Virus record (IMG/VR): IMGVR_UViG_3300032303_001287
Span: 1-35,176 of that record
Direction: 5' to 3' (one strand)
DNA length: 35,176 nt
Origin: a virus
Taxonomy: Duplodnaviria > Caudoviricetes
A model generated the notes under the pieces. That model did not search any database and was not told the origin of the DNA. It was given only the letters and a program-made list of their open reading frames with translations. This document shows positions 21,101 to 28,958 of this stretch, piece by piece; position 1 is the stretch's first letter; the number at the start of each line of letters is the position of its first letter. The position numbers and the translations under genes were made by a program.

Positions 21101-24100
21101 ATGATTGGGCTAATTCAGTTTCTGTGTCTATCACATTGCCTAATACGTTTGTGCCTAATCTACTGTTGTCTAAAAATAATCCAAAGAATTTTGCTGGTCT
21201 TGTTAGTGCCAATAATTTTGTCACAGCAAAAGGATACTGAGCACTCTTTCTCCATGCTGTTTCTGCTGGTCCTTGATCTCCAAATTTCCATTTTTTGTTG
21301 GTTCCTGCTTGTGTGTATACATCTATTAACCCAGTATCTATAGGCGACACAAGATTGCCATTTTCGTCCACAGGAAGATGATCTAACAATCCTGGTCTGA
21401 TATATCTTGTGACTGCTTCTTCTAAACCGTGATCATATCCACTGGCTAGATCATTCCATAACAATGTGTTTCCTGCTGTGTATGGAGCTGGTCCATATGT
21501 GTCTTCCCACCAAGCGGGTATTTCACTGTAGCCCAACATCTCCCATGGATGAGTGTGTGGTCGATCTGTGTCATAAAAATGTTTGTAGATGCCTCTCCAA
21601 TGTCCTGGAAGATATTCTCCATTTATAATATCTTTGTTGCTGCTGTAATTAAAAGTAAATTCATCTGATTGATCGTGGGTATCATTTTTTTGATAATCCA
21701 CAGCATTTCTACCTGCCCAAGCATAAAAATCTACACTTAATACGTTATCAACTTCTTTGAGAGTATAATCACCTGCTTGGAACGCAGATGGTCTCACTTC
21801 TGATTCTGATAATAGAGTGGAATCATATGCTGTCTTACAATTGTTATAGATTCTTTTTTCTAATTCCAATAATAAATCATCTCTGTAATCTCCGTATGCC
21901 ACTGTTCTGCTGCCATCATGTCCCACTATCACAGAGGTGGCTGTTACATAGGTATTATCAGTCACTAATTCTGGTTTAAACTTAGGATATATTCCTAATT
22001 TTGTTGGTGTTGGGGGTATAAAACTACCAGTGGTGTCACTGTAATCTTTTACAACAATTGTGTCTCCTTCTGCTAATGTGGCAACGATAGTCACGCTGTC
22101 ATCGGTGTTGCTGAATGTGTAATCTTCACCCAATAATAATAAAGTGTTGTTGAGATATACGTACACTGCTCTGCTGCTCGGCACAGTGATATCAAATTGA
22201 GAATTTATGGCATATTGTGTTTCTGTGCTGTCTTGCACTGTGTATATTCTTGTGCTGACTTTTTTTCCATAGCCTATCATGTCTTCATAGAAGAAAGGAA
22301 AACTATTGCCTTTGTCTCCGGCTATGATACTGATAATCTCATCCACTCTTTCAGCAGCAGTGCCTTCATAGGCAGTGGCTGAAGCCTGTGATAGAAAGTT
22401 TTCTTTAAATTTTTGATATTCTAATCCGCAATAGTCAATAGCGTTGATTGCATTGCTGTTTTGATCTATCATCAAGAACAGAGCTTGGGGCAGTGGAGCA
22501 GAATGTTGTAGTATGGTTCCTCCGTTTATTCTCACATCGGGTAAATCTCTAAGATTACAACTACCTGGTATGGTACCTATTAAATTGGTATTCTTCTCAT
22601 TGATATCATGCACGTGATTCATTATCTGACCAAATGTAAATTCGGCCAATTGTTCATTGAAAGGATTTACTGCAAGATTTTCTGGTATTTCATATAATCC
22701 TTTGCCGGCAACTTTTTTAGCAGAGCTATAACATTGTATCTTCACTATATCATCTATCGCTAAGTCTTTGGTAAATTTTATATATCGGTTGGTTGTACCG
22801 TTTACTAGAGTATAATCAATATCTAAGTTTTGATTGATATGATTCACATCCACTGATACTTCTAGATCTGTGAGAGCAGCACTGTTGGCATAAACATCCA
22901 CAGGAAACAATCTCAATTCATTGGCATCCACTGTGAATGTTCTAATCACTCTTTGGCGGCTCTGTTGTGATTGTTTTATCCAGCCAGTTTTACTGTTGTG
23001 TTCGGTCCTACTGGTTGTATAATGGACATGACCTGTGCCAAAATTTTTAGATATGAAATTCTCTCCTGTATTGTAAGTGAACGATCCTGAAGCAAAATCT
23101 GATTCAAACACAATATCTCCCACATTGTTAATGGTATTGTATTTGACTTTTAATCCCAACACAGTGTCCACTGTGGCAGCACTTGAAATTTTATAGGCAA
23201 ATACCTTTGCTCCTGCAAATGTGGAATCTGGATAAACAGTGTTGTTATCAAATGGCACATGATCATTGTCAAACATAGAAAAAAGTGGTTGCTGATTTAA
23301 TGCTGTTTTGTTTTGTCCTGTGGCCCAGGTTAGATCATCTGCACTGTAATAAAAAGTTTTACCCTGATTGATTGTGCCTAATTCCACAAACACTGCTTCT
23401 CCATCCTGTGGTGCGGCATCACTTTCCTCTGTTAAATTAATTACACGATTTGATCCCACAGTAACAAAGTTGATTTTATAAATTTTGTTTTTAACCAGTA
23501 TATCTGTGTCAGCAGTGAACAATATTCTCATGCCATTTAACAGACTTATACCATCGATGATGTAACTTGTTTTATTCACTATGTTAGAGAACACATCTGT
23601 GGTGGTTGTATCTACCAATGTCACAGACTGTTTTGCCTCTGTGCCGTGATTGTATAATGTTAACCCTGAATCAAATTCTATTATGGGTCTTTTGGCTCTG
23701 TCAGTCTCTAACAAATTGGGTGTGTATCCATTCGCCGTTGCTGTGGCTTCTATCACTGCTCTATGAAACCAACGATTGTATCGACTCCATGCATTGCCAT
23801 CTATGCTGTCTCTTTTGATTGTGATATAGTCTGGAGTTTCAGGTCTGTAAAAACTGATAGCATAGGGTCGAGTATCATAGGCCACTGAATCATATAATTC
23901 TGTGGTTTCTACTGCATAAGATTCTGGTGTGATCAATTTTGTTGTGTCTGTTAGAGTGATCGCATTGCCCACTCCTTCCACATAAAATTCTCTATTACTA
24001 TACACACTGTTCAACACATTGGAACCAAATCGCAATTTCATTCCATTGCTCAGCACTGTGCCTGTGCTTAGAGTGTAATTTCGAGTTCCTGTTATTTCGT

Positions 24101-24998
24101 GTGCCACATCTATTTTTGTTGTGGCGGAAACAGTTCGCACAGTGAATACTCCATGCATGGCTTCATGATTGCCACACTGATAATACGACACATCTGGAGC
24201 ATTGGTAGGTACTGTGAAACTCACTGTGCCTATTTCTGTGCCATTGCCTGACACTCCTGAAGAATATATTACTGAGGTGCTGTCATCTTCTGCAAATCCT
24301 GTTTTGAATGGTTCTGTCATGATGTAGAAAGGATGCCCTGCTGTGTCTAATACAAATTTGTAGGTGTTGCCTCTGTACAGAGTTAAAGAAGGATTTGCTG
24401 TAGTTCCATGTGTGCTAAAAGTATAGGCCGACTGACCCACATGATCCACTTTAATCTCTGTGACTGCGTTTGTGCCAACGTTGGTTACCAGTATAGGATT
24501 TGGTCCTTCTGGCATCCAATAGTATTCTCTGTAGTTGATTAATTTGTCAAAGTCTATTGCTGGATTCCATGCATACACTGTTTCTCTGTTCAGTCTATCG
24601 TGATTGTCAACATTGCCTCCAAAGAATTTAATTTGATTGATATAATCATCATAGGTGGCTGTGAATTTAACTTGATCTTCTGGATTGATAGAAGAAGTAT
24701 CTTTGTCTGTGTAGGTCACAGCAGGCTCTAATTGATAGTTGGTTCTGTCTTCGCTGGAGGCTGACACATACTTGTCAGTGGGTAATCTTGTGTAAGCATA
24801 GGTCCTACCGATATAGCCATCTAATCTGGTCAGTGATCCTGGTTGTATCAATTGATCCAGCGTGCTGCTGAGAAATTTTTGGTTGGTATCAGTTCTATAA
24901 AATGCAGGTAGATGTGCTATGGATCTTCTTAGAGTCACACCATTACTGTCTGTGACCACTTCGTAATTGGTTTTGCTATTGATTGGAGAGTCTGCCAT
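12108..24998 (-). CDS. Giant (4296 aa) multidomain baseplate wedge/structural protein
   Basis: Uninterrupted 12.9-kb ORF directly after the gp6-like gene. N-terminal LPAFYRTDTNQKFL is gp7-like. It also contains a cupredoxin-like domain, FG-GAP propeller repeats (FGYS..VSAP, LGES..AGAP, FGWA..VSAP, FGHR, FGDA..ISAP, FGSS..IGA, FGKG..VGAP), two CBM5/12-like W-x5-Y modules, repeated VY.NG....DYT beta-sandwiches and YINEVKPFHTKIRE. Confidence 0.85.
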   Translation of the reverse strand: MADSPINSKTNYEVVTDSNGVTLRRSIAHLPAFYRTDTNQKFLSSTLDQLIQPGSLTRLDGYIGRTYAYTRLPTDKYVSASSEDRTNYQLEPAVTYTDKDTSSINPEDQVKFTATYDDYINQIKFFGGNVDNHDRLNRETVYAWNPAIDFDKLINYREYYWMPEGPNPILVTNVGTNAVTEIKVDHVGQSAYTFSTHGTTANPSLTLYRGNTYKFVLDTAGHPFYIMTEPFKTGFAEDDSTSVIYSSGVSGNGTEIGTVSFTVPTNAPDVSYYQCGNHEAMHGVFTVRTVSATTKIDVAHEITGTRNYTLSTGTVLSNGMKLRFGSNVLNSVYSNREFYVEGVGNAITLTDTTKLITPESYAVETTELYDSVAYDTRPYAISFYRPETPDYITIKRDSIDGNAWSRYNRWFHRAVIEATATANGYTPNLLETDRAKRPIIEFDSGLTLYNHGTEAKQSVTLVDTTTTDVFSNIVNKTSYIIDGISLLNGMRILFTADTDILVKNKIYKINFVTVGSNRVINLTEESDAAPQDGEAVFVELGTINQGKTFYYSADDLTWATGQNKTALNQQPLFSMFDNDHVPFDNNTVYPDSTFAGAKVFAYKISSAATVDTVLGLKVKYNTINNVGDIVFESDFASGSFTYNTGENFISKNFGTGHVHYTTSRTEHNSKTGWIKQSQQSRQRVIRTFTVDANELRLFPVDVYANSAALTDLEVSVDVNHINQNLDIDYTLVNGTTNRYIKFTKDLAIDDIVKIQCYSSAKKVAGKGLYEIPENLAVNPFNEQLAEFTFGQIMNHVHDINEKNTNLIGTIPGSCNLRDLPDVRINGGTILQHSAPLPQALFLMIDQNSNAINAIDYCGLEYQKFKENFLSQASATAYEGTAAERVDEIISIIAGDKGNSFPFFYEDMIGYGKKVSTRIYTVQDSTETQYAINSQFDITVPSSRAVYVYLNNTLLLLGEDYTFSNTDDSVTIVATLAEGDTIVVKDYSDTTGSFIPPTPTKLGIYPKFKPELVTDNTYVTATSVIVGHDGSRTVAYGDYRDDLLLELEKRIYNNCKTAYDSTLLSESEVRPSAFQAGDYTLKEVDNVLSVDFYAWAGRNAVDYQKNDTHDQSDEFTFNYSSNKDIINGEYLPGHWRGIYKHFYDTDRPHTHPWEMLGYSEIPAWWEDTYGPAPYTAGNTLLWNDLASGYDHGLEEAVTRYIRPGLLDHLPVDENGNLVSPIDTGLIDVYTQAGTNKKWKFGDQGPAETAWRKSAQYPFAVTKLLALTRPAKFFGLFLDNSRLGTNVLGNVIDTETELAQSLRSVKYHLETVTDTVTGAVTRYATAGYQPWIVNYLIKNGLDPAVFFYDKMKNLNVQLIYKLGGFTDKQNLKILTDSISPGSTSGSQFIPTENYKILFRSSNPIKTFEYSGVLVELNPNTTNDGSTLEGGYKVIGYNTIRPYFKVFEPSKNGNSYTVEAGNARATIYKNWKDTEKVVTYGTVFKDVQSVVDFLVGYGKYLESEGFVFDNFSNELQETANWEMSAREFLYWTRQGWALGSAITLSPGAAAFQLNTTDSVIGRLQNLQGEYTVLDSGGRTIDKKLISTKRVGTTFEIQSKNPEIGIYNASFNAIQKEHVLIFDNATVFSDILLQLGTGFRQQRLKLIGWKTGDWNGDYYSPGFIFDEARVNIWTANTDYQIGDTVEYNARFYVSKNNHNSGNTFVSDNWKKKDNKPAAQLIPNFDYKISQFNDFYNLESNNFDEGQQKLAQHLTGYQSRDYLENLFVNDISQYKFYQGFIREKGTLNAIDKLVKAKFYDEDISLNVYPEWMIKTGEFGNVDGHKAVQIRMPDEQFTSNIQSIEILDNATDDANWIKSATVVKEALYQKPIEYTAAETFSRYDYSLAGFDREMVQKFKTAGFPRLADVQHTAFNESELLNLDVTQLTTNDLVWIAKKDNNDWDVQRVSNTGLRITSITAINNNTQLEITFTGTHSFQKNDYFSIVNSQYDTLNAVYQVAMSSADNSIIFDFDRANIITTITGTTLADGSTLETYGNVYKFVSVRLATMNNVNDRLSYRDYRDADETIETNGDRVFADNSTKLWKIYEKVDPYETRLLESPDTTSNQDFGYSIVARNDDRTLIVSAPTKGQGTIHFFARRENTAGTAYTINSSVTMTDNNDDTARLGESLSISTDENFVIAGAPYNNNLALDGSTRNSDVGLIKVFVWDDTANTYGLLNTIVPPVADDSTVLTGLNFGWAHAMAELTELSTRNTKPKYLFVSAPGYSSDTGIVYMYSWIPTVDGSTTNTWYQEKSITSNDSGSGKRFGHRIAINDSGDILAISSISPGTAGQVEIFTRNSVINDGSSQHFFTYRQTIKGVSADGSTANTAFGDALTMSKDGTTLAISAPGLDNGEQDDAGAVYIYKWNADASTNTFTLQQTISAPEADTNMRFGSSLQLNATANRLVIGAEKYSNKRAIRFDNGTTTFDLQDTRIVDLNIGSGGVFTATKYDTQFVIDDKLVTNSVSTNDNFGKGVYVTNNAVFVGAPDDDTLEDDGSTYRTNDGSVTVFDLKTAGSYAWRELVSETALIDDRKIESAFIFDSAVNKIIDYLDYYDPIKGRILGIADREINYKTEWDPAIYNVGTAGKTVSGNTAWGDEHIGEVWWDMSSVRWLWYEQNNQEYKTKNWGNLFPGASVDIYEWVSSTLLPSDWNARADTTGGLAQKISGTPLHPDNTVFTVKQKYDSKSDSFINVYYYWVKNSVFLPALNKSVTTRKNTTAYIANIITNPSASGIKYFTVSDTNSLITVNVKNSIINDNTVLNVNYRNNDNDADQHVIWKLIREGDKDDRPNERMEKKWWDSLIGLDAQGNEVPDLNLPLNQRYGNNVRPRQSWYVDRFAALKEIVDYTNSVLKANQLANTISYTNLNSSDPEPTAASGEWDSAVDTYADLTYIDTRDISGTTNVLIHSDEENSRGFWAIYNWTGTEWNRTKVQTYKTSAYYSLADWYDSTHDENTVIDQQVTYQYELDTLSLAVGKHVKVLQADTGGWKIFQRTTDGFINVATQNGTIQLSKTLYDYTINSTGFDGADTFDGNFFDQAPTTETRKILTALRDDIFVGNLVVEYNNIFFTGLRKVLEEQLYVDWMSKTSFINVTNSLRPLDQRKTYRVGTDNYVESYINEVKPFHTKIREYKLGYTGVDTEDGINTDFDLPAFYDGTEIRNVDVDADTAIMATYPYRFWKDNYKKYVNTITVTKGGSGYITAPTITLVGGTTGTVGPFAVLGQSNSGTTSGQSGYYYPLYTAKADADLADSKAGGSGSSSLFTFNEYAGVEFYMPTTGQNTAVTDRPTGYTVYSATDTTQATARAIISGGSVVRIQVLTPGSNYTATPRVVITGGAAGGTTPADAAKGYANLRNDLVRDITTTIKFDRVQSTATVLVWAAGTTYAYNDLIRYENELYKVITPFTSTEDFANGLTKLIKLRGDETYITAAERTLGLYTPASGMPGNELSQVMTGVDYGGVMVTGLAFSNDQGWDRSPWYNNPWDNYGTSRIKIFYGDGSSTAFTFDTAPLITDVYTVYINGERQTSLVFRGDGSTKTFTVIPDDSSVVGNGDKIEFIPFDDDRVLTPTDDRTLDSLVSGGLFGSVLGVAPSDIILEGDGFVTPETSYAPEENVPGSMFDTVDIKVYTSPESGVPFIINKNYIGNGSTATYSIGQIPGTQASVIVSVNEATKDITTDYTVDTLNKTITFTSAPAVNSKISIKSFAISGSNYIVLNNFTGDGSTSSFSTSARETFQLDSAGSQLYVTVDGVPTTNYTYTVVNKLVTVTFHTGDGSTLNPPAAGKSVQIAAFNQASGSGRAYAEIRSQQISYDGSTNRYTLTYPAGSIGPFSGLTLLELNGKILRGPDNSYYLGDGSTYSYGVVAGLSEDSTIDPAKTITADSQVEVYVNGTKKYLYTDYTVNIAAQTVEFVTPPTNTDIIAISTLVDNQYYNESNDIVLKPAQLASDGITLTAGDTLTATTFNNAVGMNQRREVLEGRASGEFYLRFTPLNSDYVFVYLNGSALTQGFDFTLIGNKITVSGKTITTADRLDVMYFAVESAINSTGFRIFKDMLNRTFYKRISMSNTTTLAAALTEDATSITVTDGSRLSPVDGSTALPGVIFIDRERIEYFYKSGNTLSNLRRGTLGTGIRSYASGTAVTDSSGQQTVPYADTIYTKTNTADGSTATFSTSLAASSVYELDVFVGGRRLPYMSEDGSTVNYSVDGSTSSVTLTTAPAAGTQVKVIQKRGQVWYTAADGNPSNGKGLQKSTTNQAKFIAGEPTNAPE

Positions 24999-25000
24999 TT

Positions 25001-28000
25001 TTAGTATCCCGTTCCGCTACTGCCTGTGCTGGATCCTGATCCAGATGTTCCTGTAGTGACCGATGATACTGCTGATGTTGATCTATTGTTAGTGGTTGTA
25101 CCCGTGGTGCTGGTCACAACTGTGCCGCTGGCTGCTAACTGATTAGCACCTATAGCATCAATAATCACAACATCGTCAACGGTCGCTCCGCTGATAAAGA
25201 TTTCATCTGCTGCTCCACTGATTTGAAACAATGAGCCAAACCCTTGCTCTGCTTGATTGGGCACTATTACTACTGTCAATAGATCTGGCACCAAACGATT
25301 GTGTATATAAGTCGCTAATTCTGTGAAATAGAAAGTGTCTCCAAAATCAAAATTGTCCAGTGCAAAGAATTCATTTATGGCCTGTATAACTCGAGTTTTG
25401 ATCACTGCATTGGTCACATTTGTGGCTGCATTCTTGACCACTTTAAATGTGGCTTGGAATTCTTCGTCGGCTTGTGTTCCAAATAATATTTTGTATTTCA
25501 CTGGATGATACACGATCTGATCTGATAGTCCTTTTAAAGGATTCAGCACACCTGAATAGGATATTCTCAATTGATCTGATGTGGATGCTGTGGGTTCTTC
25601 TCCACCTTGATTCAACCATGTTCTGTATAACTGATCATAGGATCTTTCCAGCATGTAGATATCTACGATATTGGTTTGAGATGGATCTATTCTAGTGCCT
25701 TGTCCAGCATGATGTTTGTATTGAAATTCTATTGCACTTCGACCTTTTCTAGCATAATAATTTGTGTTGGTTGTTAGTGTAACTGAAGTGCTGTCATACT
25801 CTTTGATTGCATCTTCTGCTGCGTCATAGAAGTAGAACAACTGTCCATCCTCATAAGATCCAGGCAGAGAGATATCACTCTCATTTTCTGCCGTAATAAA
25901 ATTAGTAGCTGCGTAGGGTCTGTATCTTTCTATGTTGTCATATCCATTGTATTTTTCAAAAAACACAAATTTTGTAGAGACATTGGTGTCTGGTTGTACC
26001 ACTATATCAAATATATCTGGATTGTCTACCACTCCATCGTCATCATCGTCATAAAATCCCACTTTGACTTTTCTATTGTCTTGATAACCATCAGATTCTT
26101 CCACTGTGTCTACCACCTGCCAATCAATTGGATAGCCTATAGCTGATCCTGTGCTGGGCACTGTGTTGCTCTTGAGTATTTTCACAGTGTCTTTGACAGA
26201 TTTTCCTGTGATATAATCGTAAATTCTTTCAGTTCTATCAAAATGAAATTTATTATTACCTGCTGATTCAAAAATGTAATCCATGGCCCTATAAGTCACG
26301 GTGTAGGTATTGCCATCTGTGTGGAATTTAAACCACCAGCTGGCATCCAATGATGCGCCTGTTGCGTCTCCTGCATTGGCTAAAGAAAACACTGAGCTGG
26401 CACTTAGATTAGCTGCTGTGATCACTTTCCATTCCGCATTTTCTTCATCGTATCTCAATCCAAATTGCTCATACACTTCAATTCTATCCTGTAGATCTGT
26501 TTTCAATGCTGTGTCCAACACTGTGGCAAATTTAGGGAACACAGCACTTAGCACAGCACCGGCTGGTATGGTGTCATTTAAAGTGATTGGTCCTATGCCC
26601 GATTCAAGATTTCCAGCGCCATCATTGGATCCATCTCCCACCACTGCTGAGACTTTGGCCCATGCTCTATCTTCTGCTAGATCTGTGCCTGATGTTACCA
26701 ACCGTCCATTTAAAAATTCTCGTGTGTCTGGAGAAGTAAATTTAATTAGAGCACCTGGTTTGGCATATTTTAAATTACTAGTGGCAAAATCTCCCACTGC
26801 CAGTGGCCCACCTGCTGCAAAATAACCTGTATTAGTATTGGTACCTGTGGTGGTGCTGACCCAACTCGCTGCCAATGCACTGAGACTTTTTGTACCATAT
26901 TTGATGTAGAAAAATTGTCTTGAATATGCTTCTGTTAATTTACTTTCCACTGATCTATTAATGGTATCTAATATTTCGTTCCTGTTTGTGAAAGTGAAAG
27001 TGAATTGAGGAGCAGACTCTTCTCTGTACAGTATTCCGTCATCTGCAAATATTGAAACATTACTGTAGGCTCCTGTGGGATCTATAATTTCTTTGCTTCT
27101 GCTGATACCACTGGCACTTCTATTCACTGATTTAACTTTGATAATTTCCTGTGACGCTGACAGTGGAACTATGTTGTAGTCTTCTGCTGTGATCATTCTA
27201 TTTTGAGAATAGTATACCTGTGGCGCTTTGGTCCTGATGCTGTCATTGCTCTCTGTGGCAGCAGCATTGTAAATCGATTGCTGTAGAGATCCTGTCATGG
27301 TTAGAGTCTGTTGACCACCGTTGGCATCTTCATAGGCCATGCTGAATGTTATGCCCTGCATGTCGGCCTGTTGAATAGAGTATTTGGCATTGGCGCTGGT
27401 TCTGTAATACAATCTAAAAGATCCTGAAGGAATGTTAGAAAAGTTTCCATCGCCAAACACTAGATCAATAGCATCATTGTTCTTAGTCACAACATTATAG
27501 ATATCTCTCACATCTGCGGACAAACTGTTATAGATCACGTTGTTACCGCTGAGGTCCGGCACTTTGGTCCATAATTTTGTTAACTGGCCAAAATCATCTA
27601 ATTTGTATAACCATGTATCGGTGTTATTGATGTTATTAACATTGATTGGTTGCACATAGTTTGTAGTTGGCTGAGTGATAGCAAAATCCTGTGACGCCAA
27701 TGATCCCTGTTTGAATAGAGAGAAGAATCCTGTGTTGGGACTAGAATCTCCAGCACCATCGGTTCTATAAAGATAAGTGAATCCTGTGCCAGGCACTGGC
27801 GCTTGCTCATAGATAGATTCTGATGCAGATATTGCTGCTGGTACTATTTCAAACGTTCTTGATACTCCTCCAATGCCTCTAGAGAATGTGAATATTGGCA
27901 CATCGGTATTGATGGAATTTACTGTGTAGGTTTCTGTTTTGATCCCCCCAATATTATCGGATTCTTTGGGTTTGCTGAATCTCTGTCCTTCTACATTGGC

Positions 28001-28486
28001 AGCATTTAATATGTTTATAAACTGTTCTCTATAGTTGCTGTTAGTACCATCATTCCACACTACTGTGGTATTGGCTAAACTATTACCTGACGTGTCTCGC
28101 ACATCCTGTGTAGTGGACACAGATGTAATTTTTAATAGACCTGTGGCTGTTTGATTTCTTTTGGCATTGTAGTTGATTAGTCGTGCTAATCTTAGGATAC
28201 TATTCCTTCTCTCGGCTGTCTCTATAAAATTTTCTCTAGCATTAAGATCCACTCTAAAACTTAGTGCCTGTGCCACATAGGCAATTAGATCAATCAATGC
28301 GATATATTCTGATGACTCTACAAAATCATTGAAATCATCTGGATAATTTTCTCGAAGATAGGCAACCATGCTTCTTCTCAGTGTTTCAAAATCGTAAGAT
28401 TTGAAATCTGCCTGTTGGAAAGCAGTGTAAATTTTGCGCCAATCTTCGGCTACAAGCAATCGATTTTGTCTGTCAGTGGTGGCCAT
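25001..28486 (-). CDS. Baseplate wedge subunit, T4 gp6-like
   Basis: DFETLRRSMVAYL...DF.ESSE..ALIDLIAY...ENFIETAERRNSILRLARLINY, IDLVFGDGNF and ESNDSIRTKAP..YYSQNRMITAEDY are gp6/baseplate-J family motifs. Confidence 0.88.
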   Translation of the reverse strand: MATTDRQNRLLVAEDWRKIYTAFQQADFKSYDFETLRRSMVAYLRENYPDDFNDFVESSEYIALIDLIAYVAQALSFRVDLNARENFIETAERRNSILRLARLINYNAKRNQTATGLLKITSVSTTQDVRDTSGNSLANTTVVWNDGTNSNYREQFINILNAANVEGQRFSKPKESDNIGGIKTETYTVNSINTDVPIFTFSRGIGGVSRTFEIVPAAISASESIYEQAPVPGTGFTYLYRTDGAGDSSPNTGFFSLFKQGSLASQDFAITQPTTNYVQPINVNNINNTDTWLYKLDDFGQLTKLWTKVPDLSGNNVIYNSLSADVRDIYNVVTKNNDAIDLVFGDGNFSNIPSGSFRLYYRTSANAKYSIQQADMQGITFSMAYEDANGGQQTLTMTGSLQQSIYNAAATESNDSIRTKAPQVYYSQNRMITAEDYNIVPLSASQEIIKVKSVNRSASGISRSKEIIDPTGAYSNVSIFADDGILYREESAPQFTFTFTNRNEILDTINRSVESKLTEAYSRQFFYIKYGTKSLSALAASWVSTTTGTNTNTGYFAAGGPLAVGDFATSNLKYAKPGALIKFTSPDTREFLNGRLVTSGTDLAEDRAWAKVSAVVGDGSNDGAGNLESGIGPITLNDTIPAGAVLSAVFPKFATVLDTALKTDLQDRIEVYEQFGLRYDEENAEWKVITAANLSASSVFSLANAGDATGASLDASWWFKFHTDGNTYTVTYRAMDYIFESAGNNKFHFDRTERIYDYITGKSVKDTVKILKSNTVPSTGSAIGYPIDWQVVDTVEESDGYQDNRKVKVGFYDDDDDGVVDNPDIFDIVVQPDTNVSTKFVFFEKYNGYDNIERYRPYAATNFITAENESDISLPGSYEDGQLFYFYDAAEDAIKEYDSTSVTLTTNTNYYARKGRSAIEFQYKHHAGQGTRIDPSQTNIVDIYMLERSYDQLYRTWLNQGGEEPTASTSDQLRISYSGVLNPLKGLSDQIVYHPVKYKILFGTQADEEFQATFKVVKNAATNVTNAVIKTRVIQAINEFFALDNFDFGDTFYFTELATYIHNRLVPDLLTVVIVPNQAEQGFGSLFQISGAADEIFISGATVDDVVIIDAIGANQLAASGTVVTSTTGTTTNNRSTSAVSSVTTGTSGSGSSTGSSGTGY

Positions 28487-28501
28487 ACTTTAATATACGA
28501 A

Positions 28502-28509
28502 TATTTATG
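28502..28509 (-). promoter_or_regulatory. T4-like late promoter variant CATAAATA
   Basis: In the 43-nt gap upstream of the gp6-like gene; 7/8 match to TATAAATA. Confidence 0.6.
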
Positions 28510-28529
28510 GGTAGTATTAAGTGCGTAGA

Positions 28530-28940
28530 TTAAGAAAGGCGTAAAAGGGAGTTTTCATCGAATGAAAACGTGAGTTTCTCGGTAATATTATAGGGCACAT
28601 AGGTTATTGTGGCCTGTACGGATATGCCGTGTTCACTCTCACTCACTACTATATCCTGTGTGCTGAGCCTAGGATCTGCATTTAAATTCTTTGCAATATC
28701 ATCTGCTATGGCTTGTTTTAGTGCTTCTGTTAATGGTTCAAAAATAACATCATAGATTATGGTGCCAAACTCAGGATTTTCCACTCGCTCACCCTTGCGT
28801 ACACTCAATCTATTGATAAGATCTTGTTTGATTAGATCAAAATCATACAGTTTAAAATTGGTCAATTCTGCTCGAGAACTGAATCCTTTAAACACCTGTG
28901 TGCCCTGTACTCCTGATCTATTTCTATCTGCTATTGCCAT
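28530..28940 (-). CDS. Baseplate wedge subunit / sheath initiator, gp25-like
   Basis: IKQDLINRLSVRKGERVENPEFGTII.DVIFEP...DPRL is the GPW/gp25 signature. Confidence 0.92.
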   Translation of the reverse strand: MAIADRNRSGVQGTQVFKGFSSRAELTNFKLYDFDLIKQDLINRLSVRKGERVENPEFGTIIYDVIFEPLTEALKQAIADDIAKNLNADPRLSTQDIVVSESEHGISVQATITYVPYNITEKLTFSFDENSLLRLS

Positions 28941-28958
28941 AATTTTTTATAAACATAC

